A stretch of DNA of 64,000 bases from contig CAUJEL010000147.1 of the NCBI GenBank assembly GCA_963169875.1, positions 989 to 64,988 of the forward strand, in the 5' to 3' direction. Source of the DNA: Candidatus Zhuqueibacterota bacterium. Its GTDB lineage: Bacteria > Zhuqueibacterota > Zhuqueibacteria > Residuimicrobiales > Residuimicrobiaceae. The position numbers and the translations under genes are program-made. This document shows, piece after piece, positions 28,890 through 38,891 of the stretch (positions are counted from its first letter, which is position 1; each line of letters starts with the position of its first letter). The notes beneath the pieces were generated by a model. That model was not told where the DNA came from, searched no databases, and worked only from the letters and a program-made list of their open reading frames with translations.

Positions 28890-30242
28890 TTGAATAAATC
28901 TACGCCCATAAAAACGATTCTCAAGACTTCACTTCCCGCGGTGATCGATCTCTCCTCGCAGACGTTTATGTGGACCATCGAGGCGATCTTTATCGGGAAG
29001 GTGAGCGCCGCGGCATTCGCCGGCGTCGGCATGGCCATTCAGATCATTCTGGTGTTCTTTTCCGTTCTGTTGACCTTTGTCGTCGGCGCCAGCATCATTA
29101 TTAACCGACATCTCGGCGCCCAGGATCATTTTCAGGCCAATCATATCTTTGGCCAGGCCATGATGATGGGCATCGTCATGTCGTTCATATTCGCGTTGAT
29201 CTGGTATTCCGGCGCCATTCATCTCTTCAAACTGATTGAGGAGGGGGAGAGCGTTCAGGCGCGGACAGCGGGTGTGACCTATCTGCGCACAGTGGCTTTC
29301 TTTGCCCCGTTACTGATCACCAATTTCGTCGCTGTCGGCATCATTCGCGCCATCGGCGATACGCGCCATTCGATGATGATCAACGTGCTGGTGAACGGCA
29401 TCAATCTGGTTCTTTGTCCGATTCTCATTTTCGGCTGGTTCGGATTTCCCAGCCTCGGCGTTCGCGGCGCCGCGCTGGCAGTGGGCATTGCGCACAGCAT
29501 CGGCTTCTTTTTGACATTTTATTTGCTGCGCAACCGCAAAGTCTCTGTGTTTCTCTCTTACCGCGAGCTTGCTTCACCCAATCTGGGGAGTTTTAAGGTT
29601 TTATTCAAGTCGGGACTGCCGACTACCATAGAACAATTGACCTGGGCCCTGGGACAGCTGGTGGTGACCGGCTATGCCGCCAAGATCGGGGTTATTGTTC
29701 TGTCGACGCAGACCCTGTTCAATCGCATTCAGGCGCTCCTTTCCATGATCTATATGGGGTTCAGCCTGGCCGCCATGAGTCTGATGGGTAAAAATCTGGG
29801 CGCGTCTGACAATAATCTGGCTTACCACATGGCGCGCACGGCGCACCGCGTCATGGGCGTCCTGGTGCTCGGGATCGTCGCGACCTTGATCCTATTCTCA
29901 AAGTCGTTGATCAGCATTTTTACCACCGATGCGCAGGTTTTGGTGCTTGGGCAAATGGCCATTTATTTCTTTGCATTTACGCAAATCCCCAAAGCCTTGA
30001 ACAATGTGGTTTCCGGCAATCTGCGCGGCGTCGGCGATCTCAAATGGTTGATGTGGTTGACCATCGTTTTCGTCCTCCTTCTGGAGGTCGGTTTTAATTG
30101 GGTCTCCGCCTTCGTCCTCGGCTGGGGCATTTATGGCATCTGGGGCGTGCAGAGCTTGGATGAACTCATCCGTTTTGGCCTGAATTATCTGCGATTTGCC
30201 GGCGGCAGTTGGCGGGAAGAAGAACCATGCCTGGAGAAATGA
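28890..30242 (+). CDS. MATE-family efflux transporter
   Basis: TTG start. Twelve transmembrane segments. The MATE N-terminal pattern (…LPAVIDLSSQTFMWTIEAIFIGKVSAAAFAGVGMA…) is present. Confidence 0.75.
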   Translation: MNKSTPIKTILKTSLPAVIDLSSQTFMWTIEAIFIGKVSAAAFAGVGMAIQIILVFFSVLLTFVVGASIIINRHLGAQDHFQANHIFGQAMMMGIVMSFIFALIWYSGAIHLFKLIEEGESVQARTAGVTYLRTVAFFAPLLITNFVAVGIIRAIGDTRHSMMINVLVNGINLVLCPILIFGWFGFPSLGVRGAALAVGIAHSIGFFLTFYLLRNRKVSVFLSYRELASPNLGSFKVLFKSGLPTTIEQLTWALGQLVVTGYAAKIGVIVLSTQTLFNRIQALLSMIYMGFSLAAMSLMGKNLGASDNNLAYHMARTAHRVMGVLVLGIVATLILFSKSLISIFTTDAQVLVLGQMAIYFFAFTQIPKALNNVVSGNLRGVGDLKWLMWLTIVFVLLLEVGFNWVSAFVLGWGIYGIWGVQSLDELIRFGLNYLRFAGGSWREEEPCLEK

Positions 30243-30895
30243 GCGAAAACAAGGGACTCCTGATCACCTTTGAGGGATGTGATGGATCCGGAAAATCGAC
30301 GCAGGCGAGTCTGTTCATCGGCCGGCTGCAGCAGGCTGGATTTCCCGTAACGCCCTTGAGAGATCCCGGCGCCAACGCCATTTCAGAACGGATTCGCGAC
30401 ATCCTGCTGGACAACAAACATGGTGAGATGTCCGCCTGGACGGAACTGCTGTTGTACGAAGCGGCGCGCGCCCAAATGGTGACGCAGCAAATTGTGCCGG
30501 CGCTGGGAGAGAACCGCATCGTTGTTTGCGATCGTTTTTATGATTCAACCACCGCTTACCAGGGGCATGGACGTCTGCTGGATTTGCACCTGGTGTCAGC
30601 CGCCAACCGCATCGGCTCCTGCGGCCTGGTGCCGGATTTGACTTTTATCATAGACGTGGAACCGCAGCTCATTCGCAAGCGCGTCATGCGGCGCCAGGGC
30701 GGTCCGGATCGCATTGAATCCGCGGGACTGGAATTCCAGGAACGCGTCCGGCGTGGTTATCTGGCGATTGCCGCTGAGGAGCCGTTACGGGCTCTGATCA
30801 TCCCCGGCGATCGTTCGATTGCTGAAATACAAAGCCATATATGGCAGCTTTTTGTGACCAGATTCCAAAGGTTCTTGCAGCATGGAGCCCTTTGA
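30239..30895 (+). CDS. tmk: Thymidylate kinase
   Basis: ATGA overlap with the MATE stop. P-loop (LITFEGCDGSGKSTQ). DRF/DRY-like motif (VCDRFYDS). Confidence 0.85.
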   Translation: MSENKGLLITFEGCDGSGKSTQASLFIGRLQQAGFPVTPLRDPGANAISERIRDILLDNKHGEMSAWTELLLYEAARAQMVTQQIVPALGENRIVVCDRFYDSTTAYQGHGRLLDLHLVSAANRIGSCGLVPDLTFIIDVEPQLIRKRVMRRQGGPDRIESAGLEFQERVRRGYLAIAAEEPLRALIIPGDRSIAEIQSHIWQLFVTRFQRFLQHGAL

Positions 30896-30906
30896 GAAGG
30901 AGAACT

Positions 30907-32691
30907 ATGTTCAGAAATAATCGTTTGTATCTGCCAGCCCTGGTTTTAGGGATTTTAGTGGTCGTCTGGAGCGCTTTTGCCGCTCCACCCGATGAGCAAA
31001 AGCAGGATCCTTATTATCAGGCCATGAAAAATATCAAACTTTTCGGCCAGATTTATCAGGAAATAAACGACCGCTATATCGAGGAAGTCGATGCGGAAAA
31101 GTTCATTCGCGCCGGCATCAACGGCATGCTCGACCGCCTCGATCCCTATTCTGTATTTCTTGAAGAAGATGGCAAGGACGAGTTGGAGATCATCACGCGC
31201 GGCAAGTATTACGGCGTTGGCATGCGCATTCAAATCCGCAACGGCTGGGCCACCGTGGGTGAACAGCCCTTTGCGGACAGCCCGGCTTTTCGCGCCGGCA
31301 TCCGCGAAGGCGATCAGATCATCGAAATCGATGGCAAGAGCACCAAAGGGGAGCGCCTCTCCGAAACCGCGCACCGCTTGCGCGGCACGGAAAAGGGCAG
31401 CGAGGTGACCATTAAAATCAAACGCTTTGGCGATGAACAACCCTTGACGTTCACGCTGATCCGGGATGAGATCAAGGTGACGGATATCCAGTTCTCGGGT
31501 TTTGTGGCACCCGGCGTTGGCCTGATCAAATTAAGCAGTTTCAACCGCACGGCCGGCGATCAGATCGGTGAATCAATCCAGAAATTAAAAGATCAGGGCC
31601 TGCAATCCCTTATTCTGGATCTGCGCGGCAATCCGGGGGGGCTGCTCGATGCGGCTGCCGCTGTTGCCGAAAATTTTGTCAACAAGGGTGATCTCATCGT
31701 CTATACCGAAGGCCGCGGCGATTACAAACGTCAGGAATTTCGCTCGCGCAAGGATCCGGTTTTGGGCGCCTTGCCTCTGGTCGTCCTGGTGGATGGCTAC
31801 AGCGCCTCTTCCTCGGAAATCGTCGCGGGCGCGCTGCAGGATCTCGATCGCGGTGTTTTAATCGGCACGCCCACCTTTGGCAAGGGATTGGTGCAGACCG
31901 TCATCCCCCTGGACCGCCGCGGCGAGGCACAGCTCAAGATAACCACCATGCAATATTTCACGCCCAGCGGCCGCAACATCCAGAAACCGGATGTCTTTGA
32001 TCGCGGCCCCAATTCGGTGTTTGTCAACGCTGACGCCGCAGCGGCGCCTGAACCAGAGCCCATCGAGGATGAAGTCACCGATGATGAAGAGCAGGACGCC
32101 GAAGTGAAAGAAGAGAAGAAAAAAGACGAAAAACCGGCGATGGTTTACTATACCAAAAACAAGCGGCCGGTATTGGGCGGCGGCGGTTTGAAACCCGATG
32201 TGGAAGTGAAACCCGATACGGTCGATCGCTACGAGCTGGAATTGCTGCGCCGCTCGATGTTCTTCAATTTCAGCCTCGATTACATCTCCCGCCATCCGGA
32301 TTTGCAGCGCGATTTTGTCGTGGATGATGCGATGCTCGATGAGTTCCACGCCTTCTGCAAGGCCAAGAAATTCGATTACAAGCCGGAAGGATTTTCCGAA
32401 GTCGAAAGACTGGAAAAGGCGGCCCAAAAACACAAGTTTTTGCCGCAAGTCGAGGCGCAGATTGCGGCCATCAAACAGACGTTTGCTGCCATCAAAGAGC
32501 GCGACCGCATCGAGGCGAAGGATCAATTAAAACTGTCCCTGCAGATGGAAATCGCGGGAAAAATGTTCGGCCGCGACGAGTACTGGCGCAGCTATTTTGT
32601 CAGCGATTCCGCCGTCATCAAAAGCATAGCGGTGCTCAAGGATTCGGATAGGTATAATCAACTACTCAATAATACTATTACTAAAAAATAA
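30907..32691 (+). CDS. Carboxyl-terminal processing protease (peptidase S41) with PDZ domain
   Basis: AAGGAGAA ribosome-binding site. Signal peptide. PDZ region. S41 motifs (LILDLRGNPGG, VVLVDGYSASSSEIVAGALQD…GTPTFGKG). Confidence 0.85.
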   Translation: MFRNNRLYLPALVLGILVVVWSAFAAPPDEQKQDPYYQAMKNIKLFGQIYQEINDRYIEEVDAEKFIRAGINGMLDRLDPYSVFLEEDGKDELEIITRGKYYGVGMRIQIRNGWATVGEQPFADSPAFRAGIREGDQIIEIDGKSTKGERLSETAHRLRGTEKGSEVTIKIKRFGDEQPLTFTLIRDEIKVTDIQFSGFVAPGVGLIKLSSFNRTAGDQIGESIQKLKDQGLQSLILDLRGNPGGLLDAAAAVAENFVNKGDLIVYTEGRGDYKRQEFRSRKDPVLGALPLVVLVDGYSASSSEIVAGALQDLDRGVLIGTPTFGKGLVQTVIPLDRRGEAQLKITTMQYFTPSGRNIQKPDVFDRGPNSVFVNADAAAAPEPEPIEDEVTDDEEQDAEVKEEKKKDEKPAMVYYTKNKRPVLGGGGLKPDVEVKPDTVDRYELELLRRSMFFNFSLDYISRHPDLQRDFVVDDAMLDEFHAFCKAKKFDYKPEGFSEVERLEKAAQKHKFLPQVEAQIAAIKQTFAAIKERDRIEAKDQLKLSLQMEIAGKMFGRDEYWRSYFVSDSAVIKSIAVLKDSDRYNQLLNNTITKK

Positions 32692-32727
32692 ACCAATCAT
32701 TTCTTATCGATTCATCAGGAGGTTTCA

Positions 32728-35451
32728 ATGGCTAAGCAAAAATATGTCTACTCCTTTGGCGGCGGCAAAGCCGAAGGTAAGGCGGACATGAAAGAACTCT
32801 TGGGAGGCAAGGGCGCTAACCTTGCTGAAATGGCGAATCTGGCGATCCCGGTTCCGGCTGGATTCACCATCACCACCGAGGTTTGTACCTATTATTATAA
32901 GCACGGCAAAAAATACCCGGTCGAGCTTGAACAGCAGGTGAACAGCGCGTTGACCCAGGTCGAAAAGATCATGGGCGCCAAATTCGGCGATGTTAACAAC
33001 CCGCTACTGGTTTCCGTGCGTTCCGGCGCGCGCAGCTCCATGCCCGGCATGATGGAAACAGTCCTCAATGTCGGTCTCACCAGCAAGACCATCAAGGGTC
33101 TGGTGAAAAAGACCAGCAACGAGCGTTTTGTCTATGATGCCTATCGCCGCCTCATCATGATGTATTCCGATGTGGTGATGGAAAAGGCCGCCGGCGTCGA
33201 ACCGGCCGAAGGCAAAGGCATCCGCGTGCAGCTGGAACACCTCATGGCCAAGATGAAAAAGGATCGCGGCATCACCGAAGACACCGATCTCACCACTGCA
33301 GATCTGAAGATTCTGGTGGAACAGTTCAAGAAAAAAATCAAGGAAGTGCTGGGCAAAGAGTTCCCCGATGACGCCAAGAAGCAGCTCTGGGGCGGCGTCG
33401 GCGCTGTTTTTTCCAGCTGGAACGGCAAACGCGCGGTGTCTTATCGCCGCATCGAAGGCATTCCCGATGAATGGGGCACCGCCGTCACGGTGCAATCGAT
33501 GGTATTTGGCAATATGGGCGAGTCCTCGGCGACCGGCGTAGCCTTCAGCCGCAATCCGGCTACCGGCGAGAACAAGTTCTACGGCGAATGGCTCATCAAC
33601 GCCCAGGGCGAGGACGTGGTCGCGGGCATCCGCACCCCGGCACCGCTGAACGAAGCCACCAAGAACGAACAGAACAAACACATGACCTCCCTGCAAAAGG
33701 GCATGGCTTCAACCTATAAGGAGCTCGATAAAATTCGCCTCAACCTGGAGAAGCATTTCCATGACATGCTTGATATCGAGTTCACCATCCAGGAAGGCCG
33801 TTTGTGGATGCTGCAGTGCCGCGTCGGCAAACGCACCGGCACCGCCGCCCTCAACATGGCCATGGATATGCTGAAAGAAAAGATGATCGACGAAAAGACC
33901 GCGGTCATGCGTCTCTCGCCGGCGCAGTTGGACGAACTGCTGCACCCCATCGTCGATCCCAACGTTGAAAAGAAATCGACCCCGGTCGCCAAGGGTCTGC
34001 CCGCCGGTCCTGGCGGCGCCTGCGGCCAGATCGTGTTCACGGCCAATGATGCCGTGGAATGGGCCAAGAAGGGCAAGCAGGTCATCCTCGTCCGCGAAGA
34101 GACCAATCCCGAAGATGTGGAAGGCATGCGTGCGGCGCAGGGTATTCTCACCGGCCGCGGCGGTATGACCTCTCATGCCGCCCTGGTGGCGCGCGGTTGG
34201 GGCAAATGCTGCATCGTTGGCTGCAGCGCCCTGCACATCGATACGGCGAAAAAGATCATGAAAATCGACGGTAAGGAGTACAAGGAAGGCAGCTACTTCA
34301 CGCTGAACGGCACCAAAGGCTATGTCTACGCCGGCGAGTTGGCCATGATCAGCGCCGCAGAGAATCCTCGCTTTGTCCAGTTCATGAAGCTGGTCGACAA
34401 ATACCGCACCATGAAAGTTCGCACCAACGCAGATACTCCGGATGATGCCAAAAAGGCATTGGAATTTGGCGCCCAGGGCATCGGACTCTTCCGCACCGAG
34501 CATATGTTCTACGGCAAGAACTCGGAGAAACCCCTGTTTGCGCTGCGCAAGATGATCATCTCCAAGACCGAAGCCGAACGCCGCAAGGCCGTGGATGAAC
34601 TCTTCCCCTTTGTTAAAAAGGACATTAAGGCGACCATGGAAGTGATGAACGGATTGCCCGTCACCATCCGTCTGCTGGATCCGCCCTTACACGAGTTCGT
34701 GCCCCAGGAAGATGACAAGCGCGCCGAATTGGCCAAAGCGCTGGGCATAGACAAGGCTGAATTCGTCAAACGCGTCGAGGCGTTGCACGAGACCAACCCG
34801 ATGATGGGCCATCGCGGCGTGCGTCTGGGCGTTACCTATCCCGAGATCACCGAGATGCAGGTCCGTGCCATCCTTGAATCCGCGGTTGAGCTGATCCAGG
34901 CCGGTAAAAAGGTCTTCCCGGAGATCATGGTGCCGGTGGTTTCCACAAAAAAAGAGCTGGATGATCAGAAGGAGATCGTGGATCGCGTCTACAAAGAGAC
35001 CTGCGCTAAATACAAGGTCAAGGCGATCAAGTATATGTACGGCACGATGATCGAGATCCCGCGCGCGGCGTTGACCGCGGGCAAGATCGCCGAATCGGCC
35101 GAGTTCTTCTCCTTTGGCACCAATGACCTGACCCAGATGGGTTTTGGTTTTTCGCGCGACGACATCGGCGGTTTCGTGCCTGATTACGTCGAGAAGAAGA
35201 TCCTGCCGGCCGATCCGTTCCAGATTCTGGATCAGGAAGGCATCGGCGAGCTTATCCAGTTCGGCATCGAGCGCGGCCGCAAGGCGCGTCCCGGCCTCAA
35301 GGTCGGTATCTGCGGCGAGCACGGCGGCGAGCCTTCTTCGGTCGGTTTCTGTCACAAGGTGGGCATGGACTATGTCTCCTGTTCACCGTACCGTGTTCCC
35401 ATCGCGCGACTGGCAGCGGCCCAGGCGGCCATCAAGTCCGCGAAAAAGTAA
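32728..35451 (+). CDS. ppdK: Pyruvate, phosphate dikinase
   Basis: MAKQKYVYSFGGG…GGKGANLAEM… with phosphohistidine and PEP-utilising domains. About 907 aa. Confidence 0.95.
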   Translation: MAKQKYVYSFGGGKAEGKADMKELLGGKGANLAEMANLAIPVPAGFTITTEVCTYYYKHGKKYPVELEQQVNSALTQVEKIMGAKFGDVNNPLLVSVRSGARSSMPGMMETVLNVGLTSKTIKGLVKKTSNERFVYDAYRRLIMMYSDVVMEKAAGVEPAEGKGIRVQLEHLMAKMKKDRGITEDTDLTTADLKILVEQFKKKIKEVLGKEFPDDAKKQLWGGVGAVFSSWNGKRAVSYRRIEGIPDEWGTAVTVQSMVFGNMGESSATGVAFSRNPATGENKFYGEWLINAQGEDVVAGIRTPAPLNEATKNEQNKHMTSLQKGMASTYKELDKIRLNLEKHFHDMLDIEFTIQEGRLWMLQCRVGKRTGTAALNMAMDMLKEKMIDEKTAVMRLSPAQLDELLHPIVDPNVEKKSTPVAKGLPAGPGGACGQIVFTANDAVEWAKKGKQVILVREETNPEDVEGMRAAQGILTGRGGMTSHAALVARGWGKCCIVGCSALHIDTAKKIMKIDGKEYKEGSYFTLNGTKGYVYAGELAMISAAENPRFVQFMKLVDKYRTMKVRTNADTPDDAKKALEFGAQGIGLFRTEHMFYGKNSEKPLFALRKMIISKTEAERRKAVDELFPFVKKDIKATMEVMNGLPVTIRLLDPPLHEFVPQEDDKRAELAKALGIDKAEFVKRVEALHETNPMMGHRGVRLGVTYPEITEMQVRAILESAVELIQAGKKVFPEIMVPVVSTKKELDDQKEIVDRVYKETCAKYKVKAIKYMYGTMIEIPRAALTAGKIAESAEFFSFGTNDLTQMGFGFSRDDIGGFVPDYVEKKILPADPFQILDQEGIGELIQFGIERGRKARPGLKVGICGEHGGEPSSVGFCHKVGMDYVSCSPYRVPIARLAAAQAAIKSAKK

Positions 35452-35504
35452 GCGTACACCACCCCCGGGGTTGTTCAAAGACCCCGGGCAAATATATAAA
35501 AAAG

Positions 35505-35531
35505 AGGCGATCGCGAGGTCGCCTTTTTTTA
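35505..35531 (+). terminator. Rho-independent terminator after ppdK
   Basis: AGGCGA-tcgcgagg-TCGCCT followed by TTTTTTT. Confidence 0.7.
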
Positions 35532-35586
35532 TGGTGTGGCGTGTTTATGGTCGAGTGTAATACGTATTGGATTTACTCCCGGTGAT

Positions 35587-35933
35587 AAAAATGTCATTCA
35601 GGATGAATCTTTGTGATATGATGAAAATATACGCCTGTCTGTGGCGCAACCGGGAACAGCGCGGCTCTTCGCCGCTTAACTAAAGGATGCCTCCTGCATG
35701 ACAGTATTGTTTTTGGCGGCCCCTTCCCGCTCCATGTCATTCTGTAAGAATCTTTCAGGCTCCGCGGAACACATCGTCTGTTTGCATGAATCTTTCAGGC
35801 CCCGCGGAACACATCGTTTGTTTGCATGAATCTTTTAGGCCCCGTGGAACACATCGTCTGTCTGTGGCAGATGAAGAGCTGGTGCGGGATATTGCCGAAG
35901 ATGGTAAAAGGTCCTTACAAGGATGACATTTTA
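35587..35933. repeat. Three copies of a dispersed ~25-bp palindromic motif (consensus AAAGATTCTT-n-AGAATGACAT, either orientation)
   Basis: Copies: 35587-35615 aaaatgtcattcaggatgaatctttgtg; 35733-35759 catgtcattctgtaagaatctttcagg; 35907-35933 aaaaggtccttacaaggatgacatttt. Confidence 0.65.
35748..35867. repeat. Tandem direct repeat, three copies of a 40-bp unit (gaatctttcaggcYccgcggaacacatcgtYtgtttgcat), third copy degenerate
   Basis: Copies start at 35748, 35788 and 35828. Each contains the palindrome CCGCGG and the right half of the dispersed AGAATCTTTCAGG motif. Confidence 0.75.
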
Positions 35934-36263
35934 TTATATTTTTTCCTTCTTGTCTTTCTGTTAGCACCTTTCAGCAACCTTGCGCGAATGGCCATTCCGG
36001 GAGCGCCGAGCGCCAGCCCGGCCTCAAGATAACTCTGATTCCTTGTCCCAGACGGTCAAGAAACCCGCGATGCAACACCCTGCGAAAGGATTCAATTTTT
36101 GCTTGATTTTGGCTTGATAAATGGCTAATTTAATGACTTGTAATCGCTAGCGCTCGCCCCGTTTATGACGGTGCATATCCGGATCGGCATACCGCCTTGG
36201 TTGCGTACAATGGATTTTCACATATTTCTAACATTTCTATTCGTCTAAACTACAAGGAGAGTC

Positions 36264-38723
36264 ATGAAAAAGTCACTCAACTGGCTGCTGTTGTTGGTGT
36301 TCGTTTTTGCGCTGACACTGCCCGCCTTCGCCAGTGAAGCGGATCTGGCCATTCCCGATCTGCACAAAGGCGCCCCCTATAATAAATTGGGCGGCATCAC
36401 CCCCTGGAATCTGTTGTTCTATGGTGCCATGGTCATCGCCGGCACGCTCGGCATCAGCTTGTACCTGCGCCGTCAGATCAAAAATCTGCAAGCCCATGAT
36501 TCCATGCTCAAAGTCGCGGAAACCATCTTTCAGACCTGCCGCACCTATCTCATCCAGCAGGGCAAATTTTTGCTCATGCTGTTCGCTTTCATCGCCCTGG
36601 CCATGCTGATTTATTTCCTTTTCCTCAAAGGCGAGACACTTTACACGCTGTTGCTCGTTCTCCTGTTCGCCATCGTCGGCATGGGCGGTTCTTATGCCGT
36701 CGCCTGGTACGGCATTCGCATCAACACCTTTGCCAACGCGCGTACGGCCTTTGCCTCTCTGCGCGGCAAACCGTGGGATGTGGTCAATATCCCGCTGCGC
36801 GCCGGCATGAGTGTGGGACTTTTCCTCATCTCCCTCGAACTGGTGATGATGGTCATCATCCTGCTCTTCGTGCCGCGCAACATCGTCGGCTACTGCTTTC
36901 TCGGCTTTGCCATCGGTGAATCCCTGGGCGCTTCGGCGCTGCGTATCGCCGGCGGTATCTTTACCAAGATCGCGGACATCGGTTCCGATCTCATGAAAAT
37001 TGTCTTCAAAGTCAAGGAAGACGATCCGCGCAACCCCGGCGTTATCGCCGACTGCACCGGCGATAATGCCGGCGACAGCGTTGGCCCGACCGCCGATGGT
37101 TTCGAGACCTACGGCGTCACCGGTGTGGCGTTGATCTCTTTCATCACCCTGGCTGTGATGAGCCCCGATATCACCATCAAAGAGGCCATCCAGGGCAAAC
37201 TGATTGTTTGGATTTTCGCCATGCGCTTCATCATGGACTTTTTCTCCGGTATCGCCTATTTTGTCAATCAGGCCATCTCCAGCGCCAAATACGCCAGCAA
37301 GAAAGAGTTCGATTTCGAAGAGCCCTTGATGCGGCTCATCTGGATCGCAGCCACCCTGTGCATCTCCACCTCATTCGGCATGAGCTACCTGCTTCTCAGC
37401 GATCTGACGGTGCTCAAAGATGGCGTCATGACCGCCATGCCTGATGTCTGGTGGCAGTTGGCCCTGATCATCAGCTGCGGCACCCTGGCTGCGGTGTTGA
37501 TTCCGGAATTCACCAAGGTTTTCACCAGTTCCAAATCCAAACACGTCAGAGAGATCGTCACCGCTTCGCGGGAAGGCGGACCCTCGCTGACCATCCTCTC
37601 CGGCATCGTCGCCGGAAATTTCAGCGCTTTCTATAATGGCATGCTTATCACCGGTCTGATGGCCATCGCCATGTTCACCAGTCATGCCATCCCGGTGGAA
37701 GTCATCCACTATCCATCGATTTTTGCCTTTGGTCTGGTGGCGTTCGGCTTCCTGTGCATGGGACCTGTTACCATTGCCGTTGACAGCTATGGTCCGGTGA
37801 CGGATAATGCCCAATCCATCTTTGAACTGTCGCAAATCGAATCGATCCCCGGGATCAAGAAAGAGATCAATGAAAAATTCGGCTTTGAGCCCAATTTTGA
37901 GGAGGGCAAGCACTATCTCGAGGCCAACGATTCAGCCGGTAATACCTTCAAGGCCACGGCCAAACCGGTGCTGATCGGCACCGCTGTGGTTGGCGCAACC
38001 ACCATGATCTTTTCCATCATCCTGCTGCTGCAGAGCAAGGGCATGCTTCAGGTTTCGCTGACCGATGCGCCTATCCTGCTGGGCTTGATCACCGGCGGAT
38101 CAGTCATTTATTGGTTCAGTGGCGCCTCCATGCAGGCTGTGACCACCGGCGCCTATCGCGCGGTTGAGTTCATTAAAAAGAACATGGATCTCACAAAAGC
38201 TGAAGCGGACATCGAGGATTCCAAGACCGTGGTCAAGATCTGCACCCAGTATGCGCAAAAAGGCATGTGGAACATCTTTATCGCCCTCATGGCCATGACC
38301 CTGGCGTTTGCATTCATCGACCCCAACTTTTTTGTGGCCTATTTGATTTCCATCGCCTGCTTCGGTCTGTTCCAGGCCATCTACATGGCCAATACCGGCG
38401 GCGCCTGGGATAATGCCAAAAAGGTGGTTGAAGTCGATCTCAAGGAAAGGAACACGCCGTTGCACGACGCCACGGTCATCGGCGACACGGTTGGCGATCC
38501 GTTCAAGGACACTTCTTCCGTGTCCCTCAATCCGATCATCAAGTTCTCGACCCTTTTCGGACTGTTGGCCACGGAAATCGCCATCGAGATGGCGGTGCAT
38601 GCCCGGGAAGCCGGCTCTGTCAATTATGCGCCCTATTTCGCCGTTCCGTTGTTCCTCATCGGCCTGCTCTTTGTGTGGCGTTCTTTTTACGCCATGCGCA
38701 TCCCACTGGAAGAAGCCGCATAA
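36264..38723 (+). CDS. hppA: Membrane-bound H+/Na+-translocating pyrophosphatase (V-type PPase)
   Basis: Multiple transmembrane segments. Conserved motifs (GDNAGD, GDTVGDPFKDT). The N-terminal signal-like extension is typical of Bacteroidota-type HppA. Confidence 0.95.
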   Translation: MKKSLNWLLLLVFVFALTLPAFASEADLAIPDLHKGAPYNKLGGITPWNLLFYGAMVIAGTLGISLYLRRQIKNLQAHDSMLKVAETIFQTCRTYLIQQGKFLLMLFAFIALAMLIYFLFLKGETLYTLLLVLLFAIVGMGGSYAVAWYGIRINTFANARTAFASLRGKPWDVVNIPLRAGMSVGLFLISLELVMMVIILLFVPRNIVGYCFLGFAIGESLGASALRIAGGIFTKIADIGSDLMKIVFKVKEDDPRNPGVIADCTGDNAGDSVGPTADGFETYGVTGVALISFITLAVMSPDITIKEAIQGKLIVWIFAMRFIMDFFSGIAYFVNQAISSAKYASKKEFDFEEPLMRLIWIAATLCISTSFGMSYLLLSDLTVLKDGVMTAMPDVWWQLALIISCGTLAAVLIPEFTKVFTSSKSKHVREIVTASREGGPSLTILSGIVAGNFSAFYNGMLITGLMAIAMFTSHAIPVEVIHYPSIFAFGLVAFGFLCMGPVTIAVDSYGPVTDNAQSIFELSQIESIPGIKKEINEKFGFEPNFEEGKHYLEANDSAGNTFKATAKPVLIGTAVVGATTMIFSIILLLQSKGMLQVSLTDAPILLGLITGGSVIYWFSGASMQAVTTGAYRAVEFIKKNMDLTKAEADIEDSKTVVKICTQYAQKGMWNIFIALMAMTLAFAFIDPNFFVAYLISIACFGLFQAIYMANTGGAWDNAKKVVEVDLKERNTPLHDATVIGDTVGDPFKDTSSVSLNPIIKFSTLFGLLATEIAIEMAVHAREAGSVNYAPYFAVPLFLIGLLFVWRSFYAMRIPLEEAA

Positions 38724-38743
38724 CAAGTTGTTTAGCGAAAAAA

Positions 38744-38773
38744 GGGAGCGTGCTTCAACCGCTCCCTTTTTTT
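38744..38773 (+). terminator. Rho-independent terminator after hppA
   Basis: GGGAGCG-tgcttcaacc-GCTCCC followed by TTTTTTT. Confidence 0.7.
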
Positions 38774-38891
38774 ATTTAGATCTAAACAGAGCGATTCGTT
38801 TCGCCGAGACAACCGTGCCAGGTGATCCATCCTGCAAGGTTAACGCAATCGCGCAATGATGTGTGAAATTGAAAACCGGAAACCGTTGAGC

